From: an uncultured Dehalococcoidia bacterium
GTDB taxonomy: Bacteria; Chloroflexota; Dehalococcoidia; Lucifugimonadales; UBA3495
Reading direction: 5' to 3'
Assembly (NCBI GenBank): GCA_950072105.1
Contig: CATMOE010000005.1
Span: 32,001-96,000, forward strand
DNA: 64,000 nucleotides
The notes below the pieces were generated by a model that was not told where the DNA came from, searched no databases, and saw only the letters and a program-made list of their open reading frames with translations. Shown piece by piece: positions 19,765-28,607 of this stretch (the stretch's first letter is position 1; each line of letters begins with the position of its first letter). The position numbers and the translations under genes are program-made.

Positions 19765-20046
19765 CTATGGCGATGCGGAGTCATCCATTCCGGACGCCCC
19801 CACGAGTCGATTTTGAGACCTCTGAATAGCCATTAGATTAGAGTGTGGCGGCTGCGTAAGGTTAGTGCTCGTTGATCGCGATTCAAGCGTTAGCTGGTCT
19901 ACCAAGGCCTTCTCAATGAACACAACGGCTCCTAGTTTCTGAGCGGGGAGTTCCCCAGACCTGATCCACCGCCAGATGGTATGGCGCCCCACGTGTAGCT
20001 GCCTGGCAGCGTGTGAGAGGGTATAGGAGGTTTCGGCGATTCTCAC
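19765..20046 (-). CDS. excisionase-like helix-turn-helix protein
   Basis: YTLSHAARQLHVGRHTIWRWIRSGELPAQKLG. Confidence 0.8.
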   Translation of the reverse strand: MRIAETSYTLSHAARQLHVGRHTIWRWIRSGELPAQKLGAVVFIEKALVDQLTLESRSTSTNLTQPPHSNLMAIQRSQNRLVGASGMDDSASP

Positions 20047-20118
20047 TGGTATCTAAACTTCTTAAGCTTAATGTTCAATCATGGTAGACTAAAGTCACAA
20101 ATTGCGCGGGAGGAGACC

Positions 20119-20321
20119 ATGGCAAACAAACCCAGAACCTTTACTAGGTATGAAGTCAGAGTAGGAAGAAAAAAGTACATGGCGGCATCACCGAGCGGCC
20201 ATTGGATCAGCGGGCAGCCGAGCATAAAAGAAAATATCCAGGAGCTAAAGTAACCAAAGTCGGCCCAAAGGTGACGGAAAAGAGCGCTCGCCAATGGGAG
20301 AAGGACAAAGGCTATAGCTAG
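20119..20321 (+). pseudogene. mini GIY-YIG-like protein needing a -1 frameshift
   Basis: MANKPRTFTRYEVRVGRKK, then in the -1 frame VHGGITERPLDQRAAEHKRKYPGAKVTKVGPKVTEKSARQWEKDKGYS*; shift at A-AAA-AAG 20169-20175; GGAGGAG RBS. Confidence 0.7.
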
Positions 20322-20677
20322 GCATCTGGCCCTCCCATTTGGCATGAGGTGCCATCAAACCGGCCTGTTTTCGTGACAAAGTAATATACCCTGCCTTCTA
20401 TGTGAATCGTTGAGAAGTAGGGAGAAACCTCTACTGCCTCCTCTGCCCATTTGCCCAGTCTCGTAGACGAACGACTTTAACTTCGCCACAGCCACGCCAC
20501 TCCTCGTTGTTTCTTCTGCTCTTATCATCAATTTATGCTCCCAATTTAAATATCCAACACGCTCAACTTGTATCCCCCCAGGGGCGCTTGTATACTACAC
20601 AGCCGTAAGCTGGCCGGATTCTTTGCCTGTAGGGGCAGGGGTGGTCCACGGTCGTCCGAGGATAGAGAACTTAGTTA

Positions 20678-22069
20678 ATGAGCACGGATTCGAATTACGA
20701 CTTGGTGGTGATTGGGGCGGGGCCGGGCGGGTATGTCGCGGCCATCCGCGCCGGACAACTGGGGCTCAAGACCGCGATCATAGAGAAGGAAAGCCTGGGC
20801 GGGGTTTGCCTGAACTGGGGCTGCATTCCCAGTAAAGCTCTCCTGAAAAACGCGGAGGTACTTTCCTACATCAACCGGGCTGATGAATTTGGCCTAAGCT
20901 TCGATAATTTCCACGCCGACTACTCCGTGGCTTACACGCGAAGCCGGAGAGTGGTCAACCGCAACACCAGAGGCGTTGCCTTTCTGTTGCGGAAGAATAA
21001 CGTGGAGCACATCCAGGGCGCCGGACGGTTGGCGGGCGAAGGAGTGGTTGAGGTTGCCCCCGATGGGCAGAGGCTCATCGCCAAGAACGTCATCCTCGCC
21101 ACCGGCGCCCGCCCCCGCACCATCCCGCCCCTCCCCGTGGACGGCGACAAGATCATCACCAGCCGCGAGGCGATCGTTCTCGACCAACTCCCGTCCAGCG
21201 TCGTCATCGTTGGCGGGGGCGCAATCGGCGTTGAGTTCGCCTATATCTACCGCATGTACGGCGTGGAAGTAACAATCGTCGAGTTGCTGCCTAGGTTGGT
21301 GCCCAACGAGGACGAAGACATAAGCCCCATACTGGAGCGCAGCTTCGAGCGCCACGGTATAAATATCATGACCGGCGCCGGGGTGACCGCGGCACGATCG
21401 GGGCCCGATGGTGTAGCGGTTACCGTGGCCAAGGACGGGGCCGAAGAAACCCTGAACTGTGAAAAGGTCTTGGTGGCGATCGGGGTCCAGCCGAACATTG
21501 AGGACCTGGGTCTGGAGTCGATGGGCATCACCATTCAGGATGGGAGCATCCAAGTAGACGACGTGATGCTCACCAACGTGGCTAACGTTTACGCCATCGG
21601 CGATGTTACCGGGAAGCTGGCCTTGGCCCACGTGGCCTCGGCCCAGGCGGCCATTGCGGTGGAGCATATGGCGGGTTTGGAGACTCAGCCGTTGGACTAC
21701 GGCTCGATACCCAGGGCTACTTACTGCAACCCGCAGATCGCCAGCTTCGGTCTGACGGAAGCCCAGGCCCAGGACCAAGGACACGACGTACAGATCGGGA
21801 CCTTCAACGTCCAGGCCAACGGCAAAGCGCTGGCCATGGGCGAATCCGAGGGGATAGTCAAGCTCGTTGTGGACGGCAAGTACGGGGAGTTGTTGGGCGC
21901 GCACATGATAGGCCCGGAGGTCACCGAATTGCTGGGCGAGCTGTCTCTTGCCAAGGTATTGGAAGGCACTACTCTGGAACTGGGATGGGCGATTCATCCC
22001 CATCCTTCTATCTCGGAGATGCTGAAAGAGGCTGCGCTCAGCGCCCAGGGCCGGGCCATCCATATGTAG
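20678..22069 (+). CDS. lpdA: dihydrolipoyl dehydrogenase (E3)
   Basis: GAGPGGYVAAIRA, GGVCLNWGCIPSK, GGGAIGVE, HPHPSISE. Confidence 0.97.
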   Translation: MSTDSNYDLVVIGAGPGGYVAAIRAGQLGLKTAIIEKESLGGVCLNWGCIPSKALLKNAEVLSYINRADEFGLSFDNFHADYSVAYTRSRRVVNRNTRGVAFLLRKNNVEHIQGAGRLAGEGVVEVAPDGQRLIAKNVILATGARPRTIPPLPVDGDKIITSREAIVLDQLPSSVVIVGGGAIGVEFAYIYRMYGVEVTIVELLPRLVPNEDEDISPILERSFERHGINIMTGAGVTAARSGPDGVAVTVAKDGAEETLNCEKVLVAIGVQPNIEDLGLESMGITIQDGSIQVDDVMLTNVANVYAIGDVTGKLALAHVASAQAAIAVEHMAGLETQPLDYGSIPRATYCNPQIASFGLTEAQAQDQGHDVQIGTFNVQANGKALAMGESEGIVKLVVDGKYGELLGAHMIGPEVTELLGELSLAKVLEGTTLELGWAIHPHPSISEMLKEAALSAQGRAIHM

Positions 22070-22457
22070 CCATCCAGTCCGGGATACGATCCCATCTCCG
22101 GTGATTTTCGAAGTAATCTGATAGATAGGGATGTCAGGTCAGAAAGTCGTCAACTTGCGACTAACGGAAGGCAAAGGTATACTGGGGGCAATAGTCCAAA
22201 GGGCTAATTTTTGATATATTGCCGATCTTTGCTAAGGCGGCTACGATTTCAATGATTCGACCGGGAAACACAATAATTGACCCAGTCCAATCAGCGGATT
22301 CAATGTGAGAGGGTGGTCAGACGGGCCTTTTCTAGCGATTCCTACAGAATTAGCCAACCAGTATTTTAATCTGAGTGATGTGATAGGCCGAGCGCCGTAA
22401 GTCCCAATCCAGGCGGTTTTGAGTAAGTCTCGCCTAGCAATGGTAAGGAGCGGATCG

Positions 22458-24236
22458 ATGACCGTGGGAAGTTTTGATCTTACGATCGCTATAGGTGGTG
22501 AAGCCGGACAGGGCATCGCCACCCCAGGCGATATTCTTGCTCGTATCTTCGTTCGGCGCGGCCTCCACCTGAACACCTATAACGCTTACCAGTCGATCAT
22601 CCGTGGCGGACATATCTTCCTGTACCTTCGTGTCTGTGACCAGGAAATATTCACCCACGGCGATAAAATCGACATACTCATGTGCCTGAATCAGGATACG
22701 ATGGACCGGCACTTGCAACTTATGAGGCCGGGGTCGTGGGTACTGTACAACGAAGACAACATCAAGCCCGGCGAAGCGGGCGATGGGATACAACTCTGTC
22801 CACTGCCGGTGACGAAACTGAGCGTCAGCCGAAACCGGTTGTCGCAAAACACCATGGCCGTAGGCGCGGCCTCGCATCTGCTGGGGCTGGACTTCCAGGT
22901 ACTTGAAGAAAGTTTGACGTTGCGGTTCCAGCGGCAGGGTCAGGCGGTTATCGATGAAAACGTGAGCGTTGCCCGGGCCGGGTACGACCACTCGGTGGCC
23001 AACTTTGAAGCTTTCGATCAAACCGTCCCCACCGGGCCTACGCCGCTGGCTGTTTGGTCAGGCAACGAAGCGCTGGCCATGGGAGGCGCGGCGGCCGGGG
23101 TAAAGTTCTACGCGGCCTACCCGATGAGTCCGGCTACCGGAGTGCTGCATTGGATGGCTCAGAATGCCCGAAACCTGGGCATCATGGTGCGCCAGGTTGA
23201 AGACGAGATCGGTGTAGCCAACATGGTCATTGGCGCCGCCCATACCGGTTGCCGGGCCATGTGCGCCACTTCAGGCGGCGGGTTCGCACTGATGACCGAG
23301 GCCGTGGGCAGCGCCGCAATGATGGAGATACCTGCTGTTTTCATCGACGTTATGCGGGCCGGACCCTCGACCGGGGTGCCCACCAAGACGGAGCAGGGCG
23401 ACCTGTGGCAGGTCCTAGGGGCGAGCCAAGGTGACTTCGAGCGGTTTATCGTTGCGCCTACGACTCCCGCTGACTGCTTCAACACCATGCCCGAGTTGTT
23501 TAACCTGACGGACAAATATCAATGCCCGGGCATCGTGGTTACAGACCTATTGCTGTCTGAAGGCCGGTTCAGCATAGCCCCGGACCTCATAGATATGCAC
23601 CCGCACATCGACCGGGGGGAGTTGATCACCAAGGGGTCCTCCACCGATGGCTACATGCGCTACAAGGACACCGAAACCGGGATCTCGCCCCGAGCCGTGC
23701 CCGGTCTGGAAGGCTATGTCCACGTGGTGGCCACCGATGAGCACGATGAGAACTCTCAGCTGCTCAGCGACGAGTTCACCAACCCCCACAAGCGCCGCAA
23801 GATGGTGGAAAAGCGGGCCCGCAAGTTCAAGGTGGCGATCAACGACATAAAACCACCCGAGTTGGAAGGATCGGCCGACGCAGAGATTACTCTGATCGGT
23901 TGGGGCTCTACCTATGGAGTGATCAGAGAGGCAGTTGAAATTCTTGCCCAGGAAGGGGTTGCCGTTAATCACCTCCCCATTAAGTGGATCGTTCCTTTCC
24001 ATGGCGAGGTCATTACCGACATTCTGTCCAAGTCCAAGCGGGTAGTCGTGGTGGAAAACAGCTTTTCCGGTCAGTTCTATCGTTACATGCGAAGCGAAAC
24101 TGGTCTCAGCGTCGATGGGCATATCCGTAAATACGATGGCGAGCCGTTCATCCCCCATCACATCGTCGATGGTGTGAAAGCGCACCTGGCGGAAAAGATC
24201 GAGTGCTTCGTGCCCTATCAAGAGGCAATCACGTAA
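22458..24236 (+). CDS. 2-oxoacid:ferredoxin oxidoreductase subunit alpha (gamma-alpha fused, KorA-like)
   Basis: GGEAGQG, IRGGH, YPMSPA, QVEDEI, ATSGGGFALM, RAGPSTGVPT, GWGSTYG; AAGGAG RBS. Confidence 0.95.
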   Translation: MTVGSFDLTIAIGGEAGQGIATPGDILARIFVRRGLHLNTYNAYQSIIRGGHIFLYLRVCDQEIFTHGDKIDILMCLNQDTMDRHLQLMRPGSWVLYNEDNIKPGEAGDGIQLCPLPVTKLSVSRNRLSQNTMAVGAASHLLGLDFQVLEESLTLRFQRQGQAVIDENVSVARAGYDHSVANFEAFDQTVPTGPTPLAVWSGNEALAMGGAAAGVKFYAAYPMSPATGVLHWMAQNARNLGIMVRQVEDEIGVANMVIGAAHTGCRAMCATSGGGFALMTEAVGSAAMMEIPAVFIDVMRAGPSTGVPTKTEQGDLWQVLGASQGDFERFIVAPTTPADCFNTMPELFNLTDKYQCPGIVVTDLLLSEGRFSIAPDLIDMHPHIDRGELITKGSSTDGYMRYKDTETGISPRAVPGLEGYVHVVATDEHDENSQLLSDEFTNPHKRRKMVEKRARKFKVAINDIKPPELEGSADAEITLIGWGSTYGVIREAVEILAQEGVAVNHLPIKWIVPFHGEVITDILSKSKRVVVVENSFSGQFYRYMRSETGLSVDGHIRKYDGEPFIPHHIVDGVKAHLAEKIECFVPYQEAIT

Positions 24237-24248
24237 AGAGGTGAACAC

Positions 24249-25157
24249 ATGGCGACCACCATGCCGGCAACCGACGATAAGCCGGTCATACCGCTAACGG
24301 CAAGGGATTTCAAAGGACAGGTTGACCCTGACTGGTGCCCCGGCTGCGGCGACTTCGGCGTTCTCAACGCCCTGCAGCGGTCCTGCGCGGAACTGGGTCT
24401 CAGGCCCCATGAAATTCTGACGGTTAGTGGAATCGGATGTTCCTCCAACCTGCCGGGCTACTTTAATTCATATGGCATGCACACCCTGCACGGCCGGTCT
24501 CTGGCCGTGGCCACCGGCGCCAAGCTGGGAAACCACCGGCTGCACGTGATCGTTACCGGGGGGGATGGCGACGGCTATGGCATAGGCGGGAATCACTTCA
24601 CCCATACCGCCCGGCGAAACGTGGACCTCACCTACGTGGTGATGAACAACCAGATCTACGGGCTGACAACCGGCCAAGTTTCCCCCACCAGCACCATGGG
24701 GATGAAGACCAAAAGCACTCCCTTCGGTAGCGTTGAGGCGCCGCTCAACCCCATCACGTCGGCTATTATGAACGGAGCGACCTTTGTGGCCCGCGGCTTC
24801 AGCGGCGACGTCAGGCACCTGACCGAACTCATGAAACAGGCGATACAGCATTCCGGGTTTTCGCTTATAGACATCTTCAGCCCCTGCGTCACCTTCAACC
24901 ATGACAACAGCAATGCCTTCTTCAAAGAACGGGTCAAGAAGCTGGAGGACGAGGGACACGACACCAGCGATTGGAAGACCGCTTGCGAAAAAGCCATGCT
25001 CTTCGGCGACACCATTTACACCGGGCTGTTCTTCCAGAAGCAAGCCCCTACCCTGGGTGGCAGTGAACCGGTCCTAGAGCCCGATCAGCCTTTGGGTTTA
25101 CAGACTCTGGGGTTGGACAAGGAGCAGACCAAGCGGATCATCGAGAGAATGATGTAG
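24249..25157 (+). CDS. 2-oxoacid:ferredoxin oxidoreductase subunit beta (KorB-like)
   Basis: WCPGCGDFG, SGIGCS, HTLHGR, GGDGD, NNQIYGLTTGQ, SPCVTF. Confidence 0.96.
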   Translation: MATTMPATDDKPVIPLTARDFKGQVDPDWCPGCGDFGVLNALQRSCAELGLRPHEILTVSGIGCSSNLPGYFNSYGMHTLHGRSLAVATGAKLGNHRLHVIVTGGDGDGYGIGGNHFTHTARRNVDLTYVVMNNQIYGLTTGQVSPTSTMGMKTKSTPFGSVEAPLNPITSAIMNGATFVARGFSGDVRHLTELMKQAIQHSGFSLIDIFSPCVTFNHDNSNAFFKERVKKLEDEGHDTSDWKTACEKAMLFGDTIYTGLFFQKQAPTLGGSEPVLEPDQPLGLQTLGLDKEQTKRIIERMM

Positions 25158-25185
25158 CCTGGTAGCGATAGCGAATAGAGCTTAG

Positions 25186-25213
25186 AAGGCGGCCGAAAGG
25201 CCGCCTTTAATTT
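25186..25213 (+). terminator. intrinsic terminator after the OFOR beta gene
   Basis: AAGGCGGCC-GAAA-GGCCGCCTT-TAATTT. Confidence 0.8.
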
Positions 25214-25352
25214 GGATTCATTGGACTGCTTCTTTCGGAATCGCGAATATACACTGGGCAGTCTTGCCGCGCCCCGTGCGGTGCATTAATATCTATCCAA
25301 CAAGGCCCAGTCTCCCGAGATTCAAATGCGAGGCGGGCGTTGGGAGGGTACG

Positions 25353-26744
25353 TTGGCAACTTCGATCGTCATGCCTCAAATGGGCTACGACATGCAACAG
25401 GGCACCGTAGTGCGTTGGCACAAACAGGAAGGAGACGCGGTAGCTCGGGGGGATGTTCTGGCCGACATTGAAACTGACAAAGCCACGGTCGAGTTTGAGG
25501 CCTTCGTCAGTGGGGTCCTGCGGAAGATCGTCGCCCAGGAAGGGATCGCCATACCGGTCGGCGACCTGATCGCCGTGATCACCGGACCCGATGAAGCGCT
25601 ACCTGAAGGTCTTCTGTCCGGAAGAGGGTCAGGTAACAAGGATGACGCTCCGGTCGGGAATGGCGCCACATCGGTGGCGGCTCAACCGGTATCCACCGTG
25701 GCCTCTGCTCCTCCGGCGGCTTCTCCCGGCGGTGAGGTCCGGGCTTCCCCCATCGCGCGCCGGCTGGCTCGGGAACAGGGAATCGACCTGGCAGTGGTGA
25801 CCGGCACCGGTCCCGGCGGCAGAATCGTCGAGAAGGACGTGTTGAACCACACCGATGCAGGGGCCCAGACCAGTCCTGTGGCAACTGCTGCTGCTGAGGT
25901 CCGCGCATCCCCCATCGCCCGGCGGCTGGCTCGGGAAGGTGGAATCGAGCTGGCCCTGGTCACTGGGACCGGGCCTGGCGGCAGAATCGTCGAACAGGAC
26001 GTGTTGAATAACTTAGAAGCAGCGTCCCAGCCCAGTTCTGACGCCGCCAGCGCGTCCGCCCAGCCGGAGCAGGTGGATCTGTCGCGTATGAGGCAGACCA
26101 TCGCCAAGGTGACAAGCGACAGTAAGCGCGACACTCCCCACTTCTACGTGTCCTCCGAAGTCGATATGACCAAGGCCACGGAGATGCGGGGCGACCTGAA
26201 CGAGGTCCTGGCTAGCGAAAGCCGGGTCTCGGTCAATGACTTGGTGGTCAAAGCCTGCGCCATGGCGCTGCAAAAGTTCCCCAAATTCAACGCCTTCTAT
26301 CAGGGCGGCCATCTCCAAATGAATCCCGATATCAATATCGGCATCGCCATTGCTTTGGAGAGCGGATTGATCGTACCCGGCATCAACGGATGCCAAGCGA
26401 AGAGCCTAGTAGAGATTGCCGCCGCGAGCAGGGACTTGATCGCCCGGGCCCACTCCGGCACACTCCGCAACGAAGAATACAGTGGAACCACCTTCAGTGT
26501 GAGTAACCTGGGAATGTTCGATGTCGATAGCTTCACCGCCATCATCTACCCGCCCCACGCCGCCATTCTGGCTGTGGGCCGGGTGAAGGAGCAGGCGGTA
26601 GCTAGGGATGGACAGGTAACGGTAGCCCAGATCATGACGGCAACCCTGTCCGTCGACCATCGTGTGGCCGACGGCGCGGAAGCCGCCCGATTTATCATGG
26701 AAATCAAAGGATTGCTGGAAAAACCAGCGGCGTTGATTATTTAG
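25353..26744 (+). CDS. dihydrolipoamide acyltransferase (E2) with one lipoyl and two E3-binding domains
   Basis: IETDKATVE lipoyl Lys; RASPIARRLARE.GI.L..VTGTGPGGRIVE.DV twice; SNLGMF; DHRVADGA; TTG start after GGAGG. Confidence 0.95.
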   Translation: MATSIVMPQMGYDMQQGTVVRWHKQEGDAVARGDVLADIETDKATVEFEAFVSGVLRKIVAQEGIAIPVGDLIAVITGPDEALPEGLLSGRGSGNKDDAPVGNGATSVAAQPVSTVASAPPAASPGGEVRASPIARRLAREQGIDLAVVTGTGPGGRIVEKDVLNHTDAGAQTSPVATAAAEVRASPIARRLAREGGIELALVTGTGPGGRIVEQDVLNNLEAASQPSSDAASASAQPEQVDLSRMRQTIAKVTSDSKRDTPHFYVSSEVDMTKATEMRGDLNEVLASESRVSVNDLVVKACAMALQKFPKFNAFYQGGHLQMNPDINIGIAIALESGLIVPGINGCQAKSLVEIAAASRDLIARAHSGTLRNEEYSGTTFSVSNLGMFDVDSFTAIIYPPHAAILAVGRVKEQAVARDGQVTVAQIMTATLSVDHRVADGAEAARFIMEIKGLLEKPAALII

Positions 26745-26747
26745 CGA

Positions 26748-26810
26748 GCTATCAGCCGTCAGCAGTCAGGGGGCCGAAAGCTGATAGCTGACGGCTGAAT
26801 GCTGATAGCT
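26748..26810. repeat. inverted heptamer-repeat element (GCTATCA/GCCGTCA units)
   Basis: GCTATCAGCCGTCAGCAGTCAG...GCTGATAGCTGACGGCTGAATGCTGATAGC; related copies near 41515-41733, 55480-55662, 56910-57027. Confidence 0.8.
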
Positions 26811-26829
26811 AACCTTAGGAGGATGTATT

Positions 26830-28467
26830 TTGCCCAGAATGACCGGAGGCCAGGCGATCACCGAGTCCTTGAAAGCGCATGAAGTGGACACAATATTCGG
26901 GATTATATCTATCCACACCTTGGACCTTTTCGACTCCATATTCGACAATCAAGACAGTCTCCGGTTCATCGGAGGCCGTCAGGAACTGGGCTGCGGCTTC
27001 ATGGCCGACGGTTACTCCCGGGCCACTGGCAAGCCGGGCATTCTGCTTACCAGCACCGGGCCCGGTGCGGCAGACTCGGTGGGCGCTCTGGGGGAGGCCT
27101 ATTTTTCGAGCTCGTCAGTTTTGGAAATCTGCACCAACGTGGAGCAGGAATTCATCGGCTCCGGGAAGCTGTCTACCCACGAAACTAAGAACCAGTTGGG
27201 TATGTTTGAAGCGGTGACCGACTGGAACGCCCTCATCAACCAGATCGAGTCTATTCCAGACTACTTCGTTGAAGCGTTCCAGAGGTTTCAATCGCGGCGG
27301 CCCCGGCCCATCGAACTGGAGGTTCCCACCGACCTGTTGGGACAACAGGCCGAAGTGGAGGTGTTGGGACCTAGGGACCCTCAGATCGCCCAAGGAGACC
27401 CCGCAATGGTTGAGCGGGCCCGGAAGACTTTGATCGAGGCTAAACGACCGGTCATTTTTGTAGGTGAAGAAGTCCAATCCCTGGGCGGCGCCGAGGAGAT
27501 CATTCGACTGGCCGAGATGCTGGGCGCGCCGATAGTCACCGGAGACGGGGCCAAGGGAACTATTCCGGAGGATCACCCTCTATCTTTAGGTCCGGCTATG
27601 GGTGGGCGGATCTGGGGCGAAAACCCGTTGCATGATTGGCTGAGCACGTGCGACGTGGTTCTTGTTCTTGGGTCGATCCTTCCCCTGCGCTCCACGTCCG
27701 GTGTGGGGCTTAAATTGCCCGATACGTTGATACACGTCTTATTGGACGGCGAGGCCATCGGCAAGAACTACGCCACTGGCATCCCCATCGTCGCCGACTC
27801 CCGGGCCGTTACCCGCCAACTGCTTGAGGGTATGGCGGGCACGGACGTTTACAAAGGAGACAAGTTTAAGGAAGAGATTGCGTCGGTCAAGGAACAGATC
27901 TACAAGACTCTTAAAGATACATGGGGCAACGAACTGCGCACTTTTGAGGCCATCCGCGCGTCCACGGCCAAACACACGATATTCGCCCTTGACGCCACGG
28001 TGCCTACCAGCCGGGCCATCCGCTGCCTGGAGATCAACCAGCCCAGGACCTTCATGTACCCTCACGGCTGGGTAGGGTTGGGTTTTGCTTTCCCTGCCGC
28101 TTTGGGCGCCAAGATTGGCAAACCAAAAAGCCCGGTGGTTTGCGTTACCGGAGACGGTGGCTTCCAGTACAATTTCCAGGAGTTGGCCACCGCCGCCCAG
28201 TATGGAATCAACCCCATCGTTTTGATGTTTAATGACAATGCATGGGGTGTGCTCAAAGGCATGCAGCAACAGAACCACAAGGGCCGGCTCATAGGGACCG
28301 ATCTGGTCAACCCAGACTTCGTAAAGCTGTTCGAGAGCTACGGCTTTGAAGGCACAAAAGTTACCTCGGTGGATCAACTTTCCAAGGCGCTGGAAGACGC
28401 CGTGGCATCAGACAAGATTCAGCTCATCGAAGTACAAACGCCAGACGGGTTCGGCGCATTTCGGTAA
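26830..28467 (+). CDS. ThDP-dependent enzyme (acetolactate synthase-like family)
   Basis: GRQELGCGFMADGYSRATGKPG, TGPG, GDGGFQY...NDNAWG; AGGAGG RBS. Confidence 0.93.
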   Translation: MPRMTGGQAITESLKAHEVDTIFGIISIHTLDLFDSIFDNQDSLRFIGGRQELGCGFMADGYSRATGKPGILLTSTGPGAADSVGALGEAYFSSSSVLEICTNVEQEFIGSGKLSTHETKNQLGMFEAVTDWNALINQIESIPDYFVEAFQRFQSRRPRPIELEVPTDLLGQQAEVEVLGPRDPQIAQGDPAMVERARKTLIEAKRPVIFVGEEVQSLGGAEEIIRLAEMLGAPIVTGDGAKGTIPEDHPLSLGPAMGGRIWGENPLHDWLSTCDVVLVLGSILPLRSTSGVGLKLPDTLIHVLLDGEAIGKNYATGIPIVADSRAVTRQLLEGMAGTDVYKGDKFKEEIASVKEQIYKTLKDTWGNELRTFEAIRASTAKHTIFALDATVPTSRAIRCLEINQPRTFMYPHGWVGLGFAFPAALGAKIGKPKSPVVCVTGDGGFQYNFQELATAAQYGINPIVLMFNDNAWGVLKGMQQQNHKGRLIGTDLVNPDFVKLFESYGFEGTKVTSVDQLSKALEDAVASDKIQLIEVQTPDGFGAFR

Positions 28468-28607
28468 GGGGCAATCCCGCCGGTCTGGATTCGGGCCGAT
28501 GTTGCTTGACATAACCCGTCCGCGGACTTGATCCTTAGACCGCTTTTATGAAACGGTGTAAACCGGGTTAATACGGGGAGTTGCTGTGACTCCATGCCTA
28601 AAATGAT

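Larger units (their letters stand above)
19297..20570. mobile_element. 1.27-kb AT-richer islet bounded by 27-bp direct repeats
   Basis: ATTTAAATAT(G/C)CAACACGCTCAACTTG at 19297-19323 and 20544-20570 (26/27). Confidence 0.65.

Noticed and set aside
20894..22063. Long antisense ORFs (this one, 9237-10220, 42489-43367, 1191-1976 and similar)
   Set aside because: Shadows of well-supported genes on the opposite strand in GC-rich DNA, with no motifs
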